Shown: positions 14,001 through 26,825 of the stretch, in pieces | Layout of the letters: each line of letters opens with the position of its first letter | Position numbering within the stretch: position 1 is the stretch's first letter | Source of the DNA: Tubiluchus corallicola | Taxonomy: Eukaryota; Animalia; Priapulida | Assembly (NCBI GenBank): GCA_030141605.1 | Contig: JAQGDQ010000274.1 | Location: forward strand, 62,001-126,000 | DNA: 64,000 nucleotides | Direction of reading: 5' to 3' | Notes under the pieces: model-generated | What the model was told of the DNA's origin: nothing | What the model saw: only the letters and a program-made list of their open reading frames with translations | Database searches by the model: none | Program-made: the position numbers and the translations under genes

Positions 14001-16837
14001 TTTAGAAAGAGGAAGAACGGGGCTACACGATGATGTGGGCTATATTTTAGGGCAGGTCCACCGAGAGGAGTACCGACGAGTTAATTAGATGTTCTATTTT
14101 TGGCAATTTTCGCTTAGTAAACTGCTGAGGCAATGCCATTGTTGTGACGTCATCCATTATTGCTTATAGCTTTAATTCAGCAAAAAGCTGCTGCTGCTGG
14201 CTTTGCGTTAGGTAAGTAAACAAACAGTAGGCATGATGTTACGGGCTTTGCGTTATACATGAGGACTAGGTAGGATGTTCGCGTGTTATTGATTACACGC
14301 GGTTTTTTACGCAAAATCTTTTGCGGGGCCTTTGCTAGTTCTATTATATTAATATTCTTGGTATATATATATATATAAGATTCGAGGCTACAGCTCCGAC
14401 GAGGGCACCATTTGCGGCGATCTATACATCAAACGAAAGGTCTCGATCTAGTGTCATGCCATTGATGGTTTATTTTTCGAATCGGGCCCACCGGGAGGAG
14501 GGGGAGGCGAAAAACCTCCAAAAATGGCCCTTTTTCGGGCGTTTTTTGCAAAAAATTGCAAAAGTTATACGGCTGAGATGTAGAGAACGGGAACGGGCCG
14601 AGGGGGGTACTGGGTATGGATAGATAGCCCGTTCAGCGGTGGGTGTAGTAGGCATATTTAGAATTCGCGAGAGGGCCACGGGGTCCCGCAACGGGCGTTT
14701 TTCCGGACCCAACTCGCGATTTTTTCGAAATTTTGACCAAACAGCATGCGAGAAAAACGTTCTAGCGGCGCCCGGTGGGACTCTCGGAAGGAGATATACA
14801 GCTCTTTAGAAAGAGGAAGGACAGGGCTACACGATGGTGTGGGTTACATTTTAGGGCAAGTCCACCGAGAGGAGTATTGGCGAGTTAATTAGATGTTCTA
14901 TTTTCGGCGATTTTCGCTTAGAAAACTGTGGTGACGCATTCCATTGTGCTGACGTCATCCATTGTACTCTGCTGTAATCTTATAACTTTAATATGTTAGA
15001 TAAACAGACATACAGTAGACAGGATGTTACGGGCTTTGTGTTATAAATGAGGACTGTGTAGGATGTTCGCGTGTTATTGATTATACGTGGTTTTTTACGC
15101 AAAATCTTTTGCGGGGCTTTGCTAGTAGTGATATTAATGTCATTCTCAACATTATGTTATGTATGTGTCTATACTGCGTAGTTTCATAGTGTAATGCTTC
15201 TACTGATTGTCTATTGTCTGCACTCTACTGTTACGTTCCATTGGCAAGAACGTCTCTCAGTTCTACTGATTGTCGCTTCAAGCAATATTGTAATCTCTGT
15301 TATTCAGTAAAACTACGTTTAAACAGAACTAAAGTTGTATATTGTTTTTACATGTAAAAGGTTTACTTTTAATCGTAATCTCCACACATAATAATATATG
15401 CTGCGTCGTCACGTAGTAATATTCTAATCTGTGGTCATTTCGTTATAAAGAAAAAAGAACGCAGTATATATAATTTGACATTTTTAATTAATAATAATGA
15501 TATTAACGATAAATTCCAATATAGCGATGATGTATTAAACAGGAAACGGTCGGTATTGGAACCAGCTACTGTACAAAGACAACAACAGCAACAACAACAA
15601 CATCATGATCAACAACAACAACAACAGTGTCAGGTAAAAGAAAGAGATTTTGATATTTGAAATGTCTGTCGTAATTAATTAGAAAGTTGGAAGTTGTTAA
15701 TTTATTTTAATTAGTAACGGCATTTCAATGTAGATAATATTCGTTAGTTATACTGTTCTAGAAATAACAAGAAATAATTTTATTAGACTTACGTAATTAA
15801 AGATTGAATGTTTAAAGTAGTTCAAAATTTATGTATGGCTTTAATGAGGCAAAAACATTTAAATTATATTAAATTCATCCGTACAGAAAGCAGATTATTT
15901 AAATTTATGTCGAAAGACTTGTGTTCGTAACGCTTCTACAAAATCTTCAAATAATTAACAACGATAAATACGTCAAAGTTATAGATATAATTTGTACACC
16001 AGTTTAGAGTGTAGGGAACATCATTAATTGTTATAATGTTATATAGAAAAATTTTCATTACTGATGTAAATTACGATAAGTCAGAAATTATAACATTCGT
16101 ATACAATCTTGCTTAGAAAGCACAAGTGTTACACTGTTAGTTCATTTATTAAGGTTTAATAAAATAGTATGATTATTCATTAATTGAAAGACAGACTAAT
16201 ATATTCAAACACAATATAGTATGCATGAGAATAAACACAACTAACATGATTTAAGCATGATTTAACATGAGATAAACTGCGACTTATCTTCGTAATTCAT
16301 TAGATAATTGCGTTTTAGATACATTTTATATAAATGTAAGTAAACCTACCTAAGATGTTTATGTTTAGTTATAAATATTAGCTTTATTTACAGTGATTCG
16401 CGTGACGATGAGTGTTGTTTGTTAATATGCAGTCGAAGCCTCAAAACTAATCAAAACTACAATTTCAATAAGTTAAATCAACCCCATGTAAAGCAGTTAT
16501 TACAGCACACCATTAGCTACATAATACGAAGATGCTAGTCGTTTATGCGATTAATAAATAGTATATATTGAGTAGTAAAATCTGGCAAGATGACTCAAGC
16601 TCAAGCCTCTCTTTTGACATGTTCGTAAAAGTTTACTAAAATGCTGTTTGTTAAAAAATACGGTGCACTCTAATAATTGGAAAGGTCGATAATATAAAAT
16701 GCTTTTATTAGTACGTAGTACGAAAAATATATACAATTAAAGCGTAATAGAGATAATTATGATTGTTATGACTCTTTAAATAATAAATAACAGGCCTTTT
16801 ATTATTTTCACGGCTCTTTCGCTCTTTCTTTCGGTAT

Positions 16838-18049
16838 TTACCAGCCGTAGCCACTATTCTTATTATTATTGTTGCCATAACCGCTATTGTTGTTGTTTCC
16901 ATACCCGCTGTTATTGTTGTTTCCGTATCCGCTATTGTTGTTGCTGCCATATCCGCTATTGTTGTTGTTTCCATATCCGCTATTGTTATTGTTTCCATAT
17001 CCGCTGTTATTGTTGTTGCCATATCCGCTATTGTTGTTGTTTCCATATCCGCTATTGTTGTTGTTTCCATATCCGCTGTTGTTGTTGTTGTTTCCATATC
17101 CGCTGTTATTGTTGTTTCCATATCCGCTGTTATTGTTGTTTCCGTAGCCGCTATTGTTGTTTCCGTGCCCACTGTTGTTGTTTCCGTATCCGCTATTGTT
17201 GCTACCATAACCACGGCTGCTGGTTCCATGTCCCCTGTTAAAGTTATTACCAAATCCACCAAAGCTTCCGAAGTTACCAGAACCACCTGAGCTGTATCCA
17301 CGGCTGCCTCCATATCCTATAGATCCGGTACCAAAACCACCTCTGTTTCCAAATCCACTGCCAAACCCACCTCCAGTTCCATAACCTGCGTTGTCGTTAC
17401 CATAACCAGTGTTGCCTCCATATCCGCTGCCTCTGTTGTTTGAGTATCCACTAAATATTGCAGCTCCACCTGAACCGTATCCACGGTTACGGCTTCCGTA
17501 TCCAGAGTTACGGTTACGGCTTCCGTATCCCGAATTACGGTTACGGCTTCCGTATCCCGAATTTCTGGAGCCACCACCGCCCCCTCTTTTGGAGCTACCG
17601 TAGCCACTCGAGCTGCTGCTGTCACCATAGCCTGAACTGCTTGAACCATAGCCACTGCTGTCACCGTAGCCTGAACTGCTTGAACCGTAGCCGCTGCTGT
17701 CACCGTAGCCTGAACTACTTGAACCGTAGCCACTGCTGTCACCGTAGCCTGAACTGCTTGAACCGTAACCGCTGGATTTGCTGCTGCTGTCACCGTAGCC
17801 TGAACTGCTTGAACCGTAGCCACTGGATTTGCTGCTGCTGTCGCCGTAGCCTGACGGAGAGGGCGTGTGGAAGACCCAGTGTGACGTGTAAGTAGACTCG
17901 AAGAGATCTTCGTACGGAATGGTGTGTCGTCTAAAGTACACGTACGGTGAATGCGTGGTAGTTGTATGTTTGTGTAGGAAGCCATAAAAGAATTTTGATT
18001 TTCTGCCGCCGCCGTGTCCCTTCCCAGCTGAGGAAAACGCCACTGCCAA
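16838..18049 (-). CDS. Secreted Gly/Ser/Asn/Tyr-rich GYG-repeat protein, paralogue 1, main coding exon (join with 19444-19412; 414 aa)
   Basis: Polypyrimidine tract and TTTAG acceptor directly before 18049, phase 0. Open frame LAVAFSSA-GKGH...PYVYFRRHTIPYEDLFESTYTSHWVFHTP, then SSSGYG repeats, RNSGYGSRN repeats, a Gly/Phe block, ~15 x NNNSGYG, and GYGW-stop. Confidence 0.9.
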   Translation of the reverse strand: MAVAFSSAGKGHGGGRKSKFFYGFLHKHTTTTHSPYVYFRRHTIPYEDLFESTYTSHWVFHTPSPSGYGDSSSKSSGYGSSSSGYGDSSSKSSGYGSSSSGYGDSSGYGSSSSGYGDSSGYGSSSSGYGDSSGYGSSSSGYGDSSSSSGYGSSKRGGGGGSRNSGYGSRNRNSGYGSRNRNSGYGSRNRGYGSGGAAIFSGYSNNRGSGYGGNTGYGNDNAGYGTGGGFGSGFGNRGGFGTGSIGYGGSRGYSSGGSGNFGSFGGFGNNFNRGHGTSSRGYGSNNSGYGNNNSGHGNNNSGYGNNNNSGYGNNNNSGYGNNNNNSGYGNNNNSGYGNNNNSGYGNNNNSGYGNNNNSGYGNNNNSGYGSNNNSGYGNNNNSGYGNNNNSGYGNNNNKNSGYGW

Positions 18050-18079
18050 CTAAATTAATAAAAAGAAAAAAAAACGTGA

Positions 18080-18322
18080 GCGTCATCAACAACATCGTCA
18101 ACAGCGTCGTCAACAAGGTCGTCAACAATGTCGTCAACAGTGTCGTCACAACAACATCGTCAACAACGTTGTCATCAGCGTCGTCAAGAACATCATCAAA
18201 AATATCGTCAACAGCGTCGTCAACAACATCGTCAACAACATCGTCCACAACATCGTCAACAGCGTCATCAACAACATCGTCAACGACATCATCAACAATA
18301 TCGTCAACAGGGTCGTCAACAA
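18080..18322. repeat. 12-bp minisatellite (CGTCAACAACAT-like) at the 3' end of the paralogue 1 intron
   Basis: About 20 degenerate units immediately upstream (minus strand) of the polypyrimidine tract. Confidence 0.85.
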
Positions 18323-18529
18323 AATCGGTTTTCACGGCTGTTTTACGAACGTAGAAAAATTTATGACTTTGTATTTAGAAACGTAAACTTAAACTTAAAG
18401 TTAACATTTTTTCCTGCTTTTTGTAATAAAGGAGTCTTTGTATACACCGTTAGTCCAGTAACTCCAGCTATTGTATTCAAGATCTTAACCATTGAAAACA
18501 GTTTCTACCGAGCCGTTCTTGTTTCTTTT

Positions 18530-19070
18530 GAAAAGTGTCTAATTTGAAAGTAAAAAGAGTTTTGGTTAAACTTTTAGGCGTGCAAATAGCTAAGGATTTA
18601 ACATGGAACATCCTTTTCCATTCAGTTTACACTAAAGCGAGTAAAGGAAATTATCTTTTGCGTCTAATGAAAAAAGCTGAGTCATCTTCTAATTATATGA
18701 TAAAATGTACTGCACTGTGATTAGGCCATTTGTTGAATACGCTTGTCTGGTATGGCTCTCATCTCTCCCAAAATCTCTCTGATTTGTTAGAAACAGTTCA
18801 AAATCGCTCATTGAAAATAATTTTCCAAATAAAAATTCTGCAAATGCTCCAATTTTAGTTTATGTTCAATCTTTATTTAACCGTCGTCAAAATTCTTGCA
18901 AAGAGTCGTTCTGATCAGTTCAAAATCCTAATAATAAAATCCACACTCTATTGCCAGATGACCAATTTCACAGACACAGTACTCGTGACCATTTGAAATA
19001 CCCCTTACCTAAATGTAGAACAGAGAGATTCAAGAACATATCAATCTCATATGGCTTATTTAATTCCCAA
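18530..19070 (+). mobile_element. Decayed LINE (CR1/L2 group) ORF2 3' fragment in intron
   Basis: Frameshifted remnants KLLGVQIAKDLTWN, KASKGNYLLRLMKK, RPFVEYACLVW, LETVQNRSLKII and YPLPKCRTERFK, typical of the post-RT region. Confidence 0.75.
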
Positions 19071-19411
19071 ACTTAAGTTTTGACTCATTTTAATTTTAAT
19101 TCGTTCATGTATCTTGTAACAGTGTATAAGTGATCTATGACTAGGCAATTTTGTTGTAGTTTGAAAACTTTTGTTAATATCGAATCTGTAATTAATAATT
19201 AACAGTCATTGAACTCTAGAAGAATTTTGCACCTTCTCACTCTTGTACCAGGAGGGCGCCCCCACCTTGCTACGCCCTTTTTAATGACCTGGGAGGTCAG
19301 GTACAGAGTTTTTTTTAGACAACCTTGTGTCAAATAGTTCACGTTTATTCTCTAGATTCGTTTCAAAAATTTTATTGCAATTTCAGTACGTAGAAGCGAG
19401 AGACTACTTAC

Positions 19412-19444
19412 CAGGCAGAGCAGGGTCACTACAATAACCCTCAT
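19412..19444 (-). CDS. Paralogue 1 first coding exon (MRVIVVTLLCL; signal peptide start)
   Basis: Acceptor ...ttttatttCAG at 19459-19461, 14 nt of UTR, ATG at 19444, 11 codons, GTAAGT donor at 19411, phase 0. Splicing gives the signal peptide MRVIVVTLLCLLAVAFSSA. Confidence 0.88.
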
Positions 19445-19557
19445 GATTGTAGATATTGCTGAAATAAAAAAGAAAAAAGTATGATATGATTTTTTCAACT
19501 ACATTGTTACATTGAGCCCGAAGTGCTTTTATATGTAGTTAATAAGTTACTGAACAG

Positions 19558-20530
19558 TTAAAGGAAAAGTCAACGTTAGGTGGCTAATTTTATAACATTT
19601 CTGCTTGAACATTACGTAAGCTGGAGAAGTTTGAATTAGTTTAAAGGACAAGAAAAGGGGTACCTGAAGTAGGTTTCAGAAAAAATGCCTTAAAAAATTA
19701 TATTACTTTATAGCAATTTTTATAGCCTTTATCTTACTTGCACTGAAAGGAATTTTTGTTTGTTTTCATTTTAAATCTCCCGCAATACTGTTCCGAATCT
19801 CCATTACCTGACGATTATATGTCAAAAGACTTTCGTGCAAATCTATGTTACTTAGATTTTCGCTTACCTACTAGAAAGACTTATGTAACTAGAAAAGAAA
19901 ATTATTAATTGTTTAAAATGTTTTCACCGATTGGTAAAATGTCGCTGACTCGCCTCCAGGGTGCACCACTCACTAACCAAAAACGTATTTTTAATCTTAT
20001 TGACAAGATACAGTATTTTAAAATTTTACTTAGTTAGTGACATGGGCGCTACGAATGCTCTGATTATTTTTTCAAACTTTACAAAATCTTATCTAAACTT
20101 GTTTCAAATGACCTGTCGTGAAAATTGCTGCGCCTAACGGTCATCGCGGGAGTTTAAATTTACATGTTTTATACAGTGTTACTGCCGATTGAAGTCCTGT
20201 ATACAAAAAGGCAGTATGTAAGTGATATAAAATTTCAAAACTATTTTTCAAGCTTCATGTTTATGAAGGGTTTTCTTATGCTTTAAGAAGCGCGCGCTTA
20301 CGAAAACCCTCGAAGCGCTTACGAAAATTCACGAAGTCTCCCAGTTACGTCATAATTTTCTTGAGAATGGCGTCAACCACCACGCCCGAAGATTTCTATT
20401 CAGAAGTAGTATTTTTTAAATTTATGCTTTATATACAGTTCTTTGCAAATTTCTTTGTTATATTTTTCTAAGTTTAAGTGATAACAGTAAAATAAACCCG
20501 ACATACTAAGTGACATGTTTTTTCCTTTAA
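19558..20530 (+). mobile_element. Kolobok/T2-like MITE family K3, host of a nested K1 copy
   Basis: TTAA-AGGAAAAGTCA ... TTTTCCT-TTAA; related copies at 41796-42170, 49115-49645 and 58190-58540. Confidence 0.7.
19641..20286 (+). mobile_element. Kolobok/T2-like MITE family K1 nested in K3
   Basis: TTAA-AGGACAAGAAAAGGGG ... GGGTTTTCTTATGCT-TTAA. The TTAA is duplicated relative to the empty sites in K3 copies near 49332 and 58407. Confidence 0.8.
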
Positions 20531-21469
20531 TAATAATCAGGTGAAATAGGGGTCAAGCACTGCAGGTTTTTTTAAAATACAGATAGCATTATAGTTATAG
20601 CTAGTAACAAATCTTCGATTTTTTATTTAGAATTTGTAGGAGTAAATAAGTAGGTAGGCAGGCAGGCAGGTAGCAGGAGGCAGGCAGGTAGGCAGGTAGA
20701 CAGAGAAAGAGAAAAATCTTTATTTTCTCTGGCATATACCACGATATGAACTGATTGATTTGTTTATTGCTTTGCCAACTTTGCATTTATAATCTTTGCA
20801 CTTATTTACTTGTTTATTCCACTGAATGTTTTGTGCGTGAACGCGGGTAATGATTACAGCTGATAACATCGTTCCGCAATTTAATTTTTTAACATTTTAA
20901 ACATTTTCAAACGTTTTTAAGCCATAACTTAAAAATACCTAAAGCTACAAAGTTGAAACTTTCACAGCCAAAAGATAAAGCGTTGCGTAATAGTATCACG
21001 CTATGTATAACTATATAACTATGTGTAACTAAATGTCAACTATATAGGGCTCAGTATTCTAATATTATTGTAGTCTATACTTCCGCGCATTTTTTCTGCG
21101 CCAACCGGCATAATAAACGGGCGATTACGTGTTATAATTTTATGAACACAGTTTTTGTAACGCAAACTGTCTGAAGTCAAAAAATCAACGCAGATGAAGC
21201 TGAATCGATTCGAATTGGAAAATATTTCATCTACAGAGTTAAAACTTAAAAACCGAATGACGAGTGAAAACCAATAATACGGGTCCTGATACAGATTGGA
21301 GTTACACGACACCAATTATCCAACTTTTTATTAGAATTTTTTGAATTTATTGCTCGATTTACCATTAGTTACAAGTTCACAATGATAATTTACACTGAAA
21401 GTGTTAAATTAACACAAATTTTGACACAGAAGGTATTAATACGTAATTTTTATTGAGACTATTGGCATG

Positions 21470-22310
21470 TTTTTGGACAGGATTGGTAAGAAAATCTTGT
21501 GTTGGTACTGCTCAGATGGTAAATTTGAGAAACAAAAATAGAAATATTGCAATTATAAATATTGATTGCAATTTTCGAGTTGTGATTTTCCCAGTCAATT
21601 ATTTTTCACGATCAAAAGCAAAATGGTTCATCATTTCTAACGTCGTTTAGTATAATGAAAACTAATTTTTTGATAGATTCGAAGTTTTGAAAGAATAATA
21701 ATAATCTTATCTACGTACAATTAGGGTAAGATTGACAATTAAGAGAGACTCAAATCAAATTAAATAGCTGATTTTATACGAACTATCCTACATTAAACGT
21801 TTTGCTGACCCACTGCCTAAATCCATAAATTCAAAGAAAGTGCCAGGCTGAGAATCGAAACAAAAAAGGCGAAACTCACCTTTTACAATAGAACCGCATT
21901 TGCTTTTACAGTTTGAATGTAAATGTTACTACAATACGCGAGAATACTGAACTTATCCAGTCATCAAACCTTGTTTAGACGCATTTTACGTAGATACAGT
22001 TAATAATAACAATGATAATATAGTTTCTGACCCAGCATTATTGTCGATCTTACCCTAATTGTACGTGGCTAAGATTTTTATGATTCTTTCAAAACTTCGA
22101 ATCTATGAAAAAATTAGTTTTTATTATAATAAACGACGTTAAAATGATGAACCATTTCGCTTTTGATCGTGGAAAATAATTTACTGGAAAAATCACAACT
22201 CGAAAATTGCAATCAATATTTACAATTGCAATATTTCTATTTTTGTTTCTCAAATTTACCATCTGAGCAGCTCCAACACAAAATTTTCTTATCAATGCTG
22301 TCCAAAAATA
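21470..22310. repeat. Inverted repeat, ~270-bp arms (21470-21740 / 22041-22310) around a ~300-bp spacer
   Basis: Arms are reverse complements; the ORF track shows near-identical translations on opposite strands. Confidence 0.85.
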
Positions 22311-23689
22311 AATTATTTTTTTTGCAAAAACAAAGCATTCTGTATACATCTCTAAGAACACTCAATATAAAAACTCAAATAAAATTATATTTCGCTAACA
22401 ATAATATTAACACTAGTTTACCTGTAATCGGTTCTACGCAGCGCCGAGACGGTGTGCGCTTTCAAAAGACGTTTCACAAGTTTTGACTCTCCTCAAACTA
22501 AGACCTGGTACGTGTTATACGGCCACAGGTACGGTTAATGAGCGTCAAAGTTTAAAGTAATTTGTCATATATCACGTTTCCGCATGAGACGTTCAGCATC
22601 GGTGAACAGTTGCGCGCCCCAGGGTCGCCCCTTTCCGCATACCTCATCCAAACTTAGTGGCTTCTTACGCGAAGAAAACTTCCTGGGTTGAATGAAAGCG
22701 ACATTTGTTGCTGATGCTGCGCTCAGTTCAGTTACGAAGCTTCTCGGGTTTTGTAAAAAATTGTCAAAAGAATCTTCAAAAACTTTTGCGATAAAGCGAT
22801 ATCATTTATAAAATAATTAATACCAGTTAATTTTCCAAAAAAACTATTTTGTGAATATAGCAAACGTGTTAAATTTTCCGAACTGTGTAAAATGAAATGT
22901 AAAGTCTTAAATTTATGTACTAATGTAATTAATTACGACGTCACTTGTGTTTTTAATTGTAAATTCATTTTATTACATAACAGTATTGCTCAGTGGAAAC
23001 ACTGATTACACTATCAATTTTTGAATGTGAAGTTTACTGTTCAATGACGTGTAATTTTTATAGCAATAAAGAATTTTATTATTATTATTTATTAATAATA
23101 AAACGGTATAGTGCTAGTTGTATCCTTGATCTTAAAATGGAAGTAATAAAAATAATTCGTCGATTCATTAAGTATACGTACAATTTAAAAACAGCTATGT
23201 TGCTGTTTCGTGCTATCAAAAATTGTTTTTTTTTCGGAAAACTTTTTTTATTAAACATATTTTTGATATAAGGTATTTTAACAATAATTTGCGTCTGGGT
23301 CGCTTTTTGTGAAAAGTCTAGCTGCGTTTTTTCTCTATGTTGAAAAATTGCAGAGATTTAACGTTAAATACAATATTTGGTGATGAATGCTGGATAAGAC
23401 CCATTTCACACAATGACGCGCGGAATCGCTTTCGCAAAATCAGAAAATTTTCAGAAGAAAGTGCACTTCTTTCGCGATAACCGTACAGCAAGAAAGTTCA
23501 TTTCACACAGAAACCGCGCGGTAGTTTCACACGTTCAGTTAGCTCCAGCATTCTTTGCGTTAAACAGCTCTAGCAGGTGGGAAATTCACATTAAGTACAA
23601 TTAATATTGTTTAATTAATAGATGTAAGCATGTATTTTTAGAACAACCACTAACTATTTCATAATTTTATATAATCAGATTATATAAAC

Positions 23690-24350
23690 ATGGATTTATG
23701 TACCACGGAAGATGAATTTCGCTTTAGTATCCAATGCAATGTTTATTGTCAACAAAGGGCTGCATTCTTAAGCCAAATATCAGATAGTTTTCCAGAATTC
23801 TCATCCATGTGTGATATTGATAAGTTAATATTTTTAAACAAAAGTGGAGATGTAGAAGTTAAGAAATTGTTGATTAACTATGTGCATAAAATTTCAACAA
23901 TACGTGATATTGTTAATGCTGCTGTTAAGTAAATATGTCTATAAAAAAATCCTTTTTATATCCTATATAAAATCCTATATAAAATAATTTATGGAACTTA
24001 TTAATCATATCTGTGATAATGCCGCCTGTGATCATTTAATTTTAGCATATTAAAAGGATGGCTGACCTGATGACCTTTTGGTCAGCTCGCTATCCTCTCT
24101 TCTTTTAACTTATTACTAGTAATTAGGCCCTTTTTACCTGTAAACTATTCAACTATTTGTACCTTTGCAGACTGAAAGTGGTTGCTGTACATTTGTAAAT
24201 TCGTGAAAAAATAAATTTCTAATTCAATTTCAATTTCAATTTCAATTTCAACTTCAACTTCAACTTCAACTTCAACTTCAACTTCAACTTCAACTTCAAC
24301 TTCAACTTCAATTTCAATTTCAATTTCAACTTCAATTTCAATTTTAATTC
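23690..24350 (+). mobile_element. LINE 3' end: C-terminal Cys motif remnant, 3'UTR stem-loop, AATAAA and (TTCAAY)n tail
   Basis: EDEFRFSIQCNVYCQQR...; hairpin at ~24054-24096; AATAAA near 24210 followed by hexamer repeats to ~24350; second copy at ~40070-40235. Confidence 0.65.
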
Positions 24351-24631
24351 CAATGTCTTAAGACGGACCAACTAGAAATACCTGAGCCAGGTATACATCC
24401 TCTCTCTCTGATATAAAACTCTTTTCGCTGTTTAGCCTTGAAAACATTTCGATGTTCATTTAAGATTTCCCTTCACTTGGTGTTCTATGATTTGTTTACA
24501 AACATTTTCTGTACTTTGCATAAAATTCCTTTCTATTCCCTTTCTTCGCACGTTCCTGCAAATGATGAGTAGGATTTTTAAACCTTTAAACTTAAGTTTA
24601 AGTCATAAATTCATTTGAATGAATCATCATT

Positions 24632-24754
<123 letters not shown>

Positions 24755-25329
24755 TATTATTGTGTTTTATTGCGTGCTGTGTTGACGATTATACCCCATG
24801 TGCGGGGTTCTGTCTATGTAGTTTTTTCATGGTAACGTGTTGCATTGCTTGTGTATTGCTTTGTAGCTTGTAATTGTAATTGTATAGATTGTCCGACCCT
24901 GGCACAAGTCATTAGTTGGTAAAAGAGAATGTGATCTTCACCATCATCATCATCATCATCAGCATCATCATCATCATTTTATTTGTATGATGTATACATA
25001 ATACTATTCGAGTAATAGATACATAATTTACACAATAGTTAACAAATAACAAGAATGGTTAATTAGTCACTGATTACAATATTTACAGCGGACATTGATA
25101 ATTTAAAATTTTTGTTAGTTCATACTGAGATAGTGGAATAAAGCATAATTTTTCTAAACAATGCAAAATTTCTAATATACATTTACACATTTGCCGTGTC
25201 TTGTCCGCCTAATCGATTTTTAGTAGGCTTTTTCTAAACAGTTGATCTAGCCTCAGTTAACACAGTTATTAATTAAGTTTTCTTCCTTGATAACATATTC
25301 ATAATTTAGGAAACGCAAGTTTCTTCCAA

Positions 25330-25660
25330 TGACAGTTGCAAGAACAGAGTTATTTACTAAGCACGATGCTAACTGGTTGCTATTACCGCAAAGTTTAACA
25401 TACAATTTCATAAACCTGCTTATGAGCTGCATTTTTGTGTGCCTAAGATACTAATTACAGGTAATTAAATAAGTGTGCAGTGTATTTGGCAGTTTAAGTA
25501 GCTTTCCTATGGCAATGTTCCAAGCTGTTTCTAAAGTACTCAGTGCAAGGAGCGTTAATTGCCATAGTGATGAGCCATAAAAAGATCAACAATGCGTTTG
25601 CAACATTCTCATTCTGAGATTTTTGTTGAGAATGTGGAAATATTAAGTGTAATGTACATA
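25330..25660 (-). mobile_element. Decayed LINE ORF2 fragment
   Basis: Minus-strand FYGSSLWQL...LETAWNIAIGKLLKLPNTLHTYLI, resembling the post-RT region of non-LTR elements. Confidence 0.55.
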
Positions 25661-25671
25661 ATTAGTAAAAT

Positions 25672-25885
<214 letters not shown>

Positions 25886-26825
25886 AGTAGTTTATTCTTT
25901 AAAACGCACACCATCTAAAGATCTCAGTTCTTTTTACAATAAAAATAATTCACAGTTACAACTTAAAAGAAATAGCTGCGTTAATAGAAATTCACAGTTA
26001 CAATTTGCAGTAAAATGTTAAAACAGTTATAATTTAAAATTTATAACTTAAAATGTACATGAAAATGAATAGAAAATTGTGTTTACAAAAAAATATACAG
26101 CTTAGATTAATGTCTCGAAATATTTGCAATGCAAAATCAATAAAGCAGGCAAGGACATCCTAAAGCACTTCCGTAAAATGTTCAGGAAATAAATTTTAAG
26201 CTGAATTCTTTGATTATATAGTTTCTGGAACAAGTCCTGCAATGTCAAGAATATTTTGTACTGTTACAGAATTTGGTAAGTGTTCCTTTGACCTGAGGCT
26301 TGGGCTTATAATTAAACTCTGGGAAATGTACCAACGACCCCGTCACCATATGGCATGCTAATGACGTCGGTGTCAAACACAATTATTGGTAACCGCCTAT
26401 TATTCTCAACTAAAGAACAAAAGAGCTGGTCTTCAGTAGCGATGTTCTTTTGTTTGAGCTGTAGAGGCAAAAACCGCCACGGACGAGATTTTGACAAAAG
26501 TGATTAATGTCACGTGTTTCAAGTCACGTGATTAATGTCGCTGATGATAGAAGTCACTTCAGCTGTGGTGTGGTTGACTCAGACCTAGTGACCTCCAGCT
26601 GGATCTGTTGAGTACCTGTCACGTCGTCCGATCTTGTCATTTAAAAATCTTTTTTTCTGAATGAAGACGTGATGCAACCTATTGTATGCAGGGTTGCAGC
26701 ACCGTGTGAAAAAATATCGTATTTCGTGCCTCTAGAAAATACCGTACCGCAATTCCGTACTGCACCTACAAAATCGTACCGTACCGTAATTCCGTACTGT
26801 AACTACAAAATCGAATCGTACCGTA

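Larger units (their letters stand above)
9113..15125 (+). mobile_element. Head-to-tail array of non-autonomous Helitron-like elements (6 family-A units of about 790-830 bp plus 1 family-B unit)
   Basis: Array starts A^TC (9112/9113) and ends CTAG^T (15125/15126). Each A unit begins TC(T/TA)TATATTAATATTCTTGG and ends with hairpin CGCAAAA-TC-TTTTGCG followed by GGGC(C/T)TTTGCTAG. A units at ~9113-9900, 11084-11910, 11911-12708, 12709-13543, 13545-14338 and 14340-15125. No TIRs, TSDs or transposase. Confidence 0.8.

Noticed and set aside
9234-14712. Recurrent 67-144 aa ORFs in the 0.8-kb array
   Set aside because: Lengths and frames vary between units through indels, and no known motif is present; they are incidental to a GC-richer non-coding element.
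9113-15125. Array as 5S rDNA, snRNA, spliced-leader or histone tandem repeat
   Set aside because: No recognisable 5S, U snRNA, tRNA or histone sequence; the termini fit Helitrons.
24054-24096. CTGATGA within a hairpin as a possible hammerhead
   Set aside because: No GAAA after a stem II; better explained as a LINE 3'UTR stem-loop.
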